A stretch of 64,000 bases of DNA. It comes from a plasmid. Position 1 is the stretch's first letter; each line of letters opens with the position of its first letter. The notes under the pieces are model-generated. The model ran no database searches, was not told the origin of the DNA, and worked only from the letters and a program-made list of their open reading frames with translations. Shown in pieces: positions 31,529 through 39,432 of this stretch. The DNA is taken from sequence record NZ_CP118944.1. The stretch is one strand, 5' to 3'. The position numbers and the translations under genes are program-made.

Positions 31529-31580
31529 TAGAGCGCAGCTCAGAATCTAGAAAGGCAAATGGCAAAAACAAGGGGCAAAT

Positions 31581-31863
31581 AATGGGCACAAGAAATATTC
31601 AGACCGGTTTTTATGCTTTGCAGTTTGGCAGTTGGCAAAGTTTTGAGGAAGCCGTTAGATGTGGGGCTGACTATTTGATTATGGATGGTATATCAATCAA
31701 TGACAGTTCATCTATTAGCATGGTAATTGATTCGTTATGGATGGCAGAGGCATTAATAAAAGCAATTGGTGCTAAAGATGATTGGAAAATCATTTATTGG
31801 GATGGTTCACGCGTTTTTGAGAGCGACGAAATTGTAAATATATACAACGAGCTAATGGCATAA
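31581..31863 (+). CDS. Hypothetical small protein (94 aa from ATG 31581), low-GC
   Basis: ORF starts ~19 nt after the end of the structured repeat. No family recognised. Confidence 0.4.
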
Positions 31864-31886
31864 ATCCAGCGCTGGGGTAATCAATT

Positions 31887-32249
31887 ATGAATGAATATGA
31901 TATTCAGTCTCTCATTTACATCTGCATCAGTATTGATAATAACGTGCGCATGTTACGCGGTAAGCAAATCGCGGGAATTATTCACAGCGGCGGATATGAA
32001 ATGTGTGAAGGTTGCCCCGGTGGCATGGTTGAAACAACCTATTGGGCAATGAATGATGCGTTTCCCATCCTCAAGGAATTAGCAGAAAAGACCCATATCG
32101 AAATGGTTGGCACACCGTGGCTTTATGAGGTGTGCGAGGAGTATGGAACCGCCATTATTGATTATGTCAAAGAGTCTGGCAGATGGCCGACAAATGAAGA
32201 ATTAATTGTGCTCGCAGGTAAGGCGATTGCGGCGGCGCAGTGGCATTAA
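31887..32249 (+). CDS. Hypothetical protein (120 aa), Cys-containing (CEGCPGG)
   Basis: ORF in an operon-like arrangement with klcA. No family recognised. Confidence 0.4.
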   Translation: MNEYDIQSLIYICISIDNNVRMLRGKQIAGIIHSGGYEMCEGCPGGMVETTYWAMNDAFPILKELAEKTHIEMVGTPWLYEVCEEYGTAIIDYVKESGRWPTNEELIVLAGKAIAAAQWH

Positions 32250-32318
32250 AATTCAGGCAACAAAAACCATCAATGTATAACGGTCTGGGAGTGGCCCAGA
32301 CCTAACAAGGGGTGATGT

Positions 32319-32723
32319 ATGGATACTTTAATTGCTGGTCTGGTTATTGATTCTAAACGTATGGACATGATGCCTAAATACTTCGGACGCTGGATGATGA
32401 AAACTGAAGGTAACATTTATGGCTGGATGAAAGAAATCTGCGCATCGTACAGCGGCGGTTATTGGGATATGTGGGAGGTATCGAATGGTGCGTTCTTTAT
32501 GGTCCCCCCTTTGAAAAAAGAAGGTTACACGCTATCAATTAATGGTAATGGTTTTGAGGGGGTGTTGACTGCCCACGCTACCGGTGTTGTGGCTTGTCTT
32601 TTTGCATACTATTACATGTGGGAAATGACAGACGATGATCTCTTTGTAAGACTCTATCACGCACTTCGTGAATATGCATTGACGTTAGAAGAGCATAGTT
32701 TGATTTTTAGCGCATTAGATTAA
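32319..32723 (+). CDS. klcA: KlcA/ArdB-family antirestriction protein
   Basis: 134 aa. MMPKYFGRWMMKTEGNIYGWMKEICASYSGGYWDMWEVSNGAFFMVPP…INGNGFEGVLTAHATGVVACLFAY aligns motif-for-motif with RK2 KlcA (…PTYFGPRLMM…YAWMRRLCERYNGAYWHYY…GGFYMAP…VNGNGFRGELSADAAGIVATLFAL) as remembered. Confidence 0.8.
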   Translation: MDTLIAGLVIDSKRMDMMPKYFGRWMMKTEGNIYGWMKEICASYSGGYWDMWEVSNGAFFMVPPLKKEGYTLSINGNGFEGVLTAHATGVVACLFAYYYMWEMTDDDLFVRLYHALREYALTLEEHSLIFSALD

Positions 32724-33205
32724 TCAGGTTTGCTTCCCTTGCTGTTATTTGGCCCCTGATGTTTGGGGCCTTTTTTGATCTCGTCATACGTGAGCTTGAC
32801 CCGTTCGGCGTACCATTTACGTTTTTCTGCCTGCTTGGCTGATGTGGAAAATCCAGCATAGTAAGCCCCTACCGCGTCCCAATTATACCCCATCCGTTTA
32901 ATGGCGTGTGCCATGTAATAGGCTCCCGTGTAAATATTCAAACAAGGATCATTGTATAGGCCCATTGGCGTGATCCCGAATTGTGCCAATTTGGCGAAGT
33001 GCTGGGAATGAATTTGCATTAATCCAACGGCATATTTTGTATCGGAGACGACATTCAAGGCGCGGGGGTTAAAGCTGGATTCACGAAAGGCCGTTGCGCG
33101 TAGCAAATCAGGGTCAATACGGTAAGCCTGCCCCGCCATATCGAAACAATCGGCAGCCATGACGGCGGGACTTAGCAACATGACCAGCGGCAACCATCTA
33201 TTCAT
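32720..33205 (-). CDS. Lytic transglycosylase (SLT domain; F orf169/P19-like conjugation-associated muramidase)
   Basis: 161 aa from ATG 33205 (MNRWLPLVMLLSPAVMAADCFDMAGQAYRIDPDLLRATAFRESSFNPRALNV…GLMQI…). Signal peptide plus SLT catalytic region. The ORF track extends it upstream to 33529, probably spuriously. Confidence 0.8.
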   Translation of the reverse strand: MNRWLPLVMLLSPAVMAADCFDMAGQAYRIDPDLLRATAFRESSFNPRALNVVSDTKYAVGLMQIHSQHFAKLAQFGITPMGLYNDPCLNIYTGAYYMAHAIKRMGYNWDAVGAYYAGFSTSAKQAEKRKWYAERVKLTYDEIKKGPKHQGPNNSKGSKPD

Positions 33206-33313
33206 CGCATCCCCCTTAAACAAGGCAACCAGTTTGCCAGTAAATGAGATGGCGAGCAAATGAACAATAGGCATTTTCCCCTTTATCACCGGAAAGGGTA
33301 ACGAGCAAATTGC

Positions 33314-33462
33314 ACGGCGAACTGATGCCGTACAATTCCCCCGTCCCCCTTTCCTGACATCTCGCCACGCAATAGGAAAAGACAACCTTGTTTCCTCTGG
33401 AAAAACAACCCGCAAAGGATAACTCGCCAATTTTACGGCGAACTGATGCCGAAAAATTCCCT
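33314..33462. promoter_or_regulatory. Two 28-bp direct repeats (ACGGCGAACTGATGCCG-nAnAATTCCC) at 33314-33341 and 33435-33462, upstream of the lytic transglycosylase gene
   Basis: Seen in sequence. A third copy of the 16-nt core is at 25868-25883 inside structured repeat copy 1. Confidence 0.5.
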
Positions 33463-33529
33463 CGTCACCCTCTGCGGTCATATACCGAGTCAACCAAAGC
33501 ACGATATTTATAGATAGCCTACTCATCAA

Positions 33530-33881
33530 CCATAAGACTCCACACCCGTAGCAAATCTGCGATTTGCAGATAAATCATTTAAAATCATCAGATTAAGCTA
33601 ACTCTTACGGTGTTATTTAGCGTTTTGGACACAAAACAACAGTGCAAGCACCGTGCTAGCACCGACAAAGCACGGCGCTGCTAGCGGTGCAAAAGCATAT
33701 ATCAATAATATCAATGAATTATGAGCTGCACGGTGGATGCGCTGCCAACGTAAATGCTTGGGCTCCAAGAAAGCTGCGCAGCTACATGGCGGCGTATGCA
33801 CGGCTATCCTTTAGAGTCCCTAGCGGTGCATGCACGGTCATGGTACATTGTGATGTTGCTATTTTAAATAGAGGTTAGCAA
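33530..33881. promoter_or_regulatory. oriT: Candidate oriT / traM control region (TGCACGG direct repeats x4, inverted repeats GCACCG-CTAGC / GCTAGCGGTGC, AT-rich tract)
   Basis: Location between the transglycosylase gene and traM, as for F-like oriT. The sequence ACGGTGTTATTTAGCGTTTTGG loosely resembles the F nic region GGTGTGGTGCTTTTGG. Nick site not determinable. Confidence 0.35.
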
Positions 33882-34250
33882 ATGGCAAAAGTAACGGTTT
33901 ACTTGAAGAATGCTGTTATCGATGAAATAAAGGGATTGGTCGAAGAAGATATTCAAGCTGGCGCGCATCCAGACGAGGTTAGCTTTTCAAGCAAGACCAG
34001 TATGTTATTGGAGTTGGGCTTGCGCGTTTACAATCTTCGCCGCTCTGAACATGCAGGAAGTGGTCACGATGAGTTTGACCGGATGCTGCTATCCGGAGTT
34101 CTTGAGGCAAAGTACCTGACCCAGTTTTTAACCAAAACGTTGGGGGAGGCAAATGGTATCGACGTGGCGGCAATAAAGGAAAAGGTGAAGGGAACCATCA
34201 AGAACGATATGGAGCAATTTTTCCCTTCCACTGATGATCAAGAAAGTTAA
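33882..34250 (+). CDS. traM: Relaxosome accessory protein TraM
   Basis: 122 aa. MAKVTVYLKNAVIDEIKGLVEEDIQAGAHPDEVSFSSKTSMLLELGLRVY… versus F TraM MAKVNLYISNDAYEKINAIIEKRRQEGAREKDVSFSATASMLLELGLRVH…; C-terminal …ERFFP… is also conserved. Confidence 0.8.
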   Translation: MAKVTVYLKNAVIDEIKGLVEEDIQAGAHPDEVSFSSKTSMLLELGLRVYNLRRSEHAGSGHDEFDRMLLSGVLEAKYLTQFLTKTLGEANGIDVAAIKEKVKGTIKNDMEQFFPSTDDQES

Positions 34251-34273
34251 CTGCAAGTAGCAGTCGCTGATGT

Positions 34274-34304
34274 AAAAAACCGGCCCATGGCCGGTTTCTT
34301 TTTT
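34274..34304. terminator. Bidirectional rho-independent terminator between convergent traM and traI
   Basis: AAAAAACCGGCC-CATG-GCCGGTTTCTTTTTT: GC stem flanked by A-run and T-run. Confidence 0.6.
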
Positions 34305-37300
34305 ACTCCCCTTTGGTCAATTCCTTGATTATCTCCCTTTCCAGCTTATCCAGTTTGTCGTGGAGTTCATGGGTAAATTTGGCTTTGGCCACTTCTCCGA
34401 TTTCTGCCAACTTACGCAATTGTCGCTCACTTAACTCTGCGTCTTTATTGAGTTGATGGATATCGTTGTGGAGTCGCTTGTCGTCGCGATTGACCGCATG
34501 CTGTTTATCATCAGGCAGTTTGATATCCGGGTGTTCTTTCTCCCTGGCAACGGCTTTTATCAGTTCATCCTGACGTTTGGCATCCTTGGTCGCCATATCT
34601 TGTGGTAGCGGTAACTCCCGTTCGCTATCTTTGTTTAGATGCTGAATATCCGTATCAGAGACCACTAACTTCCCCCCAGTCATGCGATTAACGTTAAAGG
34701 GGGCGGGAGCGCCATGTATGCTAACTAATATTCCACTTTGTGGATGCTTGGTCGCCATGGCAATGCCATCCTCTAAACTGGTGGCGATACGGGTTTCGCC
34801 ATTACTGGCACGCTGGAGCCCGATAAACTCGGCGCGTTCATTTGCCACCAGTCGATATTCACTGTCCAGGGTAGGGCCTTTATTTTGGTGATGGCTTTGC
34901 AGCTCCACCATGGCAGCCCCTGCCGGTTTACCATTATTATCCCACACCGGAAAGGCAGCGTGCGGGGTCGGGTATTTTTTGCCTGGTGCAATGTATTTTC
35001 CCATATGCTGCTGCTCATCGAGTTGATGGGTCTTTAGCACATGTCGCCCCAATGCTGTGGAGCGCATCGGCGAGGCGGTACCCAATAACATATCGGCGAC
35101 CTTTTGCCCTTTAATCTGGTCGCCTTCGAGCGCATCGTGGGCGGTACTAACCTGGCTCTTGAGGTTTTTATTGAGCAAGTTAATCCAGCCTTCCTTATCA
35201 TCGGTATAGGTCTGCATATGTTCTTTGGCACGTGAGGCGGGGACATACGCAGACGACAGGGTAATCAAGTTTCTATTTACGCCTTTGATCGCCTGTAATT
35301 CGATGGCGTAGGTACTGCTCGCCCCTTGCGCACCATAGGCAGTAATGGCATATCCCAAATCAATGTGCTGGTCTTCTTTAAATTGGTCGGGGCGAACAGT
35401 TTTCTCGTTATTGCCATCGTGCAGCACTATCGCACCATTATCCTCGATGCGTTTTACCTGCCACTGGCTATTGGCTACATGGCCGTGTTCATTGACGGTG
35501 CGGGTGAAGCGGATCTTATCGCCTTCACTGACCTTTATTTCCCTCGGTTGATAGATAGCGAGATCATGGGCGGTGTTTTCGATATTGGAGATGAGTCGCA
35601 CCTTGCCCTCATTATCCTTGATGGTCATTGTCCCGGCCTGGGGGTCGATACCACTGATGGTGTAATAGTGCTGGTCAAGCACGGCCACTTTACCAAGGAG
35701 CGCATTTTTCTGTACCTGCTCACTGCTACGCAGGCTATTTTCTTCAATGCGCACCGGATCAAGAATGGTCAGGCTGGTCTGGCGTGAACCTAATTCCCCT
35801 TTATCAAACAGTGCCTGGTGTATTGCGGCGTTAATACCGTGGCGCACCTCATTGAGATGCACGATCACCATGGTGTTATCCCGTGTCAGACGGGTGCGGC
35901 TGACATAATCTTTGACCACCAGTTCGGCGGGGTTCTTTGCCTCAATCACCGAGCGATCCGGTGTCCAGGCATCCGGTTTGTTTGCCGGGTCTCGGGGTAC
36001 CACAGCCGGTTGCACCGCTTCGCGCTGTGCCAGTGACTGGGTGAGGTTGCCATCTATCAAGCTGTAGATCGCCGGTTTGAGCTCCGGGCGCTGGCGGACA
36101 ATCTCTTTCATGACGGCCACATCGACCGCGCTGCGCTCTTGCATCAGTTGGAACGGGGCACCTGACGAGATGGCTTTGAGCTGCGCGGTATCACCGCTGC
36201 TGACCACCCTTGCGCCACTGGCGGCCACCCGCTGGTAAAACTCAGCCATGTCGCGGTTGCCAATCATCGAGCTTTCATCCACCAGGAACAGGGTGCGGCT
36301 GTGGTCCTGCTGCTCCCCTGCCATGGCCTGCAGGCGACTCTCCGAGAGAAACGAGGCCAGCGTCTGTGCCTTGACCCCGGTGGACTGCATTTCATGGACG
36401 GCCCGGTGGGTGGGGCCAATCCCGACCACGGTCGGGCGCTGTTCCGGGGGCAGGGTGTCGAGTGCACTCAGCACAGCCTTGAACTGGGTGGTTTTACCCA
36501 CACCGGCATAGCCCTGGATGGCGATGAACTGGTCGTTGCTCTCTAGGATCAGGCGAGTGGATTGTGCCTGGCCGGGGGTTAGCCCTGCCAGTTGGGGGTC
36601 GGGTACCTGCTGCAGGTAGGGGGTCGCTGTTCCCTTGCCTTGGGCAATGGTGGCGATAATGAATTTTTCCATGTCAAAGCTGGCTCGAGAGACCACGTCG
36701 CCGCGCTTGCCGGGCACCGGCAGCAGGTCACCCTTGGCGAGTTTGTCATCGAGCACGGCGCTGATTGAGTCAATCGGGGTTGCCGGGGCAAAATCCAGGG
36801 CGGCGGCCAGCAAGCTTGAGGTGGAAAAGACGATGCCTTTGGCTTCCACCTGGGCCAGCCCCAAATGCAGGGCTTGCTCAGCCGCTGTGTGCAGGCTGGC
36901 GGTGGCCTGCTTGAGCGCAGTATCGAGCTGGTCGCTGTCGCCGTGGGCTTTGAGCTTTTCACTGGCCAGCTGGAACTGGGGATGACTGGCTAGCTTGCTC
37001 TGTGCCCGCATCTGATCAAGCGGGGTGTAGATGTGAATATGCTGGCCACTTCTGGCCAGCTGGTTAAGCCCTGTGCCACTCATCTGGCGGGCACTCATGG
37101 CGGCCAGTACGGTGGCGTCCTGGCTGGCGGTGACGCCCACGCCGGTGACATAGTTGTGGTCGAGCTTGAGTGCCCTGTCTGTTGGCAGTTGCAGCTCACC
37201 GGTCGGGGTCTTGAGGTGCAGGTGGCCAGGGGCCGCGTCCAGTACCTGCAGGGTCTGTTGCGCCTTGAGGGTGCCCTCGGCCTCTCGCCCGAGCACCCGG

Positions 37301-39432
37301 AGTGTGTCGCCCGCCGCGACCTCGATGCGCTTGCTTTCAAACAGCGACCAGTTGCTGTCCAGGGCGCGGATCTTGATGGTGTGTTTCTCCCCCTGCTCGT
37401 TGGTCAGCACCAGCGAGTGGGTCTTGTCTGCGACGAGATCAATGCGATAGCGATCCATGGTTTTACCCTTGTCGTCCCACCGATCCATGACCATCCCCTC
37501 GCGATAGGTGTCACGCTGATGGCGGGTCTTGCTATCGAGCCATACCGGGGCAAGGACGTTGAGGGTGTGATCCTGCCCGTGCAGTTGGCCGCTATCCCGC
37601 AAGGCGCTGCGGATATGGCTGGTTAGCTGCTGCTGATCCCGTGTCCCGGAGACCTGGGCAACCACCTGCTCGCCTTGCTGCAGACGATGCGCGTAGTCCT
37701 GTGCCAGGGCGTCAAAGCGCGCTGGCTTGTCAGGCACGCTCTGGACGGTGGCCTCGATGTTGGGCGCATCATAGAAACGGTACTGCGGCACGCTGGCTTG
37801 CTTGAGGACGGAGAGCGCATTGCCGACGCCACGCTGGCGCTCACTGTCGAGCATCAGCACCTGGACATCGCTGGCCCGTGCCTTTTCCAGGATGAGCAGC
37901 GTCTCTTTGAGGGTCAGGGATTCAGCCTGCTCGACAATAAGGGTGCTATGAGGGGCAAAGACCGTGGCGGCATTGAGGGTGTGACGCGGAGCGATATTGC
38001 CTGCCAGAGGCTGGCTTTGTGCCAGCAGGCGAGCCGAGCGATTGTCGCTGGCCAGGATGGTGACCTCACGCCCCTGTTCGCTGGCCATGAGCACGGCATC
38101 TTCCATGCGCTCGATGGTTTGGGCCATGCCACCCCGTCCGGACAGGATAGCCAGCGGGGCCTTGTCCTGGGCCAACACGGAGTAGGCGTCGGCATAGGGG
38201 CGATCACGCGGGGTTGCCCGCTCGGCAAAGGTGGCTATCGGGGGGCGCTGGTTGAACTCGTTGGCCAGCTGGGCGATGGACAATTCGTTGAGCAGGTGGA
38301 TATCGGAGGTGAAGATCCCTTTTTCCTTGTCGAGCGGGATGAGGCGCTCGCGCCCAATCGCCTGCTCGATACCCTCGCGGGCCTGGGTGATCAACCCCTG
38401 TTCGGCAGGGAGCTGGCTCACCGTGGCGGCCAGTAATTCGGAGTAGGAGAACTGTACCTTTTTATCCGAAAGTATGGATATCGCCTGGCTCACGGCCTGG
38501 GTGATATCCGTGCCAGCGGGCGTGGGGACGGTGTATCCCTGGGCGCGTTCGTCGGCCTTGGCGAGATAGAGGGGCAGTTCAAAGCCTGCTTTGCCCAGGC
38601 GATCACGCCAATCGGCGATCAGTAGGTCGGGGTCGGCAACCGCCTTGTCCTTGCGGGTATCGAGCGCGGCGGCATCGCGGGACTGGGGTGAGGCATCGGG
38701 GCCGACCGCGTCGTTTATCTGCTGGCTGCGCTGGCTGAATGGTTCGGTCGGCACCCCCTTGAGCTCCCACAGGCCATGCTTGCCGGTGACCTCAGTTTCA
38801 AAACCCATCGCCTCGACGTCCTGGCGCAGGGCGTGGCGGTATATCTGCCCGAGCGCCAGTTTGTTGTTAAAGATGTCTTTGCCAAAGCCGCTGTTCATGT
38901 GGGCGGCATCACTGCTCAGCGCCCGCCATTTGCCTTCTGCATAGGTGGCATTGAGCACCAGTGAGTGCGTGTGCAGCTGCGGATCAAGTTCGCGGGAGGT
39001 GTCGTGGGTGTAGAGGGCCGCCACGATATTGCCGGTGGTCTCGGTGCGGGTGACGCCATCGGTCATAATGCGGGTGCTGGCCAGCGCCTCGACCTCCTTC
39101 ATGGCGATGGCCACGGCGCGGTGGTGGGCATCGAGAAAGCGTTCGTCACCGGCCACAAGCGCCATCACTGACACGCTTTTGGGGGCAGAAAAGGTCAAGT
39201 CATAGCCAGTACGGTGGGTCTGCTTGCCATCCACGATGCGCGAGAGTTCAGTGCCATCGGGGAGTTTACCCTGGGCGATGGCATCGAGGGTGGCCCCGTC
39301 AATGGGGCCACTCAGTCCAAGGCGGTCGGCCCCTTCCCCCATCCAGACCGACTCGAGATCGCCCATGGCGTAGTAGTTTTCCTCGGCAGCGTAGTAGGCC
39401 GCGCTGCCCTTGATGGTGGAGAGTGACAGCAT
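34303..39432 (-). CDS. traI: Relaxase/helicase TraI (MobF relaxase + SF1 helicase)
   Basis: 1709 aa, size and position as F TraI. Helicase Walker A GYAGVGKTT. Gene order traD-traI. Confidence 0.93.
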   Translation of the reverse strand: MLSLSTIKGSAAYYAAEENYYAMGDLESVWMGEGADRLGLSGPIDGATLDAIAQGKLPDGTELSRIVDGKQTHRTGYDLTFSAPKSVSVMALVAGDERFLDAHHRAVAIAMKEVEALASTRIMTDGVTRTETTGNIVAALYTHDTSRELDPQLHTHSLVLNATYAEGKWRALSSDAAHMNSGFGKDIFNNKLALGQIYRHALRQDVEAMGFETEVTGKHGLWELKGVPTEPFSQRSQQINDAVGPDASPQSRDAAALDTRKDKAVADPDLLIADWRDRLGKAGFELPLYLAKADERAQGYTVPTPAGTDITQAVSQAISILSDKKVQFSYSELLAATVSQLPAEQGLITQAREGIEQAIGRERLIPLDKEKGIFTSDIHLLNELSIAQLANEFNQRPPIATFAERATPRDRPYADAYSVLAQDKAPLAILSGRGGMAQTIERMEDAVLMASEQGREVTILASDNRSARLLAQSQPLAGNIAPRHTLNAATVFAPHSTLIVEQAESLTLKETLLILEKARASDVQVLMLDSERQRGVGNALSVLKQASVPQYRFYDAPNIEATVQSVPDKPARFDALAQDYAHRLQQGEQVVAQVSGTRDQQQLTSHIRSALRDSGQLHGQDHTLNVLAPVWLDSKTRHQRDTYREGMVMDRWDDKGKTMDRYRIDLVADKTHSLVLTNEQGEKHTIKIRALDSNWSLFESKRIEVAAGDTLRVLGREAEGTLKAQQTLQVLDAAPGHLHLKTPTGELQLPTDRALKLDHNYVTGVGVTASQDATVLAAMSARQMSGTGLNQLARSGQHIHIYTPLDQMRAQSKLASHPQFQLASEKLKAHGDSDQLDTALKQATASLHTAAEQALHLGLAQVEAKGIVFSTSSLLAAALDFAPATPIDSISAVLDDKLAKGDLLPVPGKRGDVVSRASFDMEKFIIATIAQGKGTATPYLQQVPDPQLAGLTPGQAQSTRLILESNDQFIAIQGYAGVGKTTQFKAVLSALDTLPPEQRPTVVGIGPTHRAVHEMQSTGVKAQTLASFLSESRLQAMAGEQQDHSRTLFLVDESSMIGNRDMAEFYQRVAASGARVVSSGDTAQLKAISSGAPFQLMQERSAVDVAVMKEIVRQRPELKPAIYSLIDGNLTQSLAQREAVQPAVVPRDPANKPDAWTPDRSVIEAKNPAELVVKDYVSRTRLTRDNTMVIVHLNEVRHGINAAIHQALFDKGELGSRQTSLTILDPVRIEENSLRSSEQVQKNALLGKVAVLDQHYYTISGIDPQAGTMTIKDNEGKVRLISNIENTAHDLAIYQPREIKVSEGDKIRFTRTVNEHGHVANSQWQVKRIEDNGAIVLHDGNNEKTVRPDQFKEDQHIDLGYAITAYGAQGASSTYAIELQAIKGVNRNLITLSSAYVPASRAKEHMQTYTDDKEGWINLLNKNLKSQVSTAHDALEGDQIKGQKVADMLLGTASPMRSTALGRHVLKTHQLDEQQHMGKYIAPGKKYPTPHAAFPVWDNNGKPAGAAMVELQSHHQNKGPTLDSEYRLVANERAEFIGLQRASNGETRIATSLEDGIAMATKHPQSGILVSIHGAPAPFNVNRMTGGKLVVSDTDIQHLNKDSERELPLPQDMATKDAKRQDELIKAVAREKEHPDIKLPDDKQHAVNRDDKRLHNDIHQLNKDAELSERQLRKLAEIGEVAKAKFTHELHDKLDKLEREIIKELTKGE

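Larger units (their letters stand above)
29979..31562 (+). repeat. ~424-bp structured repeat element, copy 2, interrupted by IS630 copy 2 at its CTAG (repeat parts 29979-30370 and 31529-31562)
   Basis: Sequence identity to copy 1 resumes exactly after the IS. The intact copy 1 has AACACCTAGAGCGCAG where copy 2 has AAAACC-TA[IS]TA-GAGCGCAG. Confidence 0.75.

Noticed and set aside
32720-33529. The 269-aa version of the lytic transglycosylase ORF starting at 33529
   Set aside because: The N-terminal 108 residues cover the direct-repeat promoter region and have no signal peptide. A proper signal peptide plus SLT domain starts at the internal ATG at 33205.
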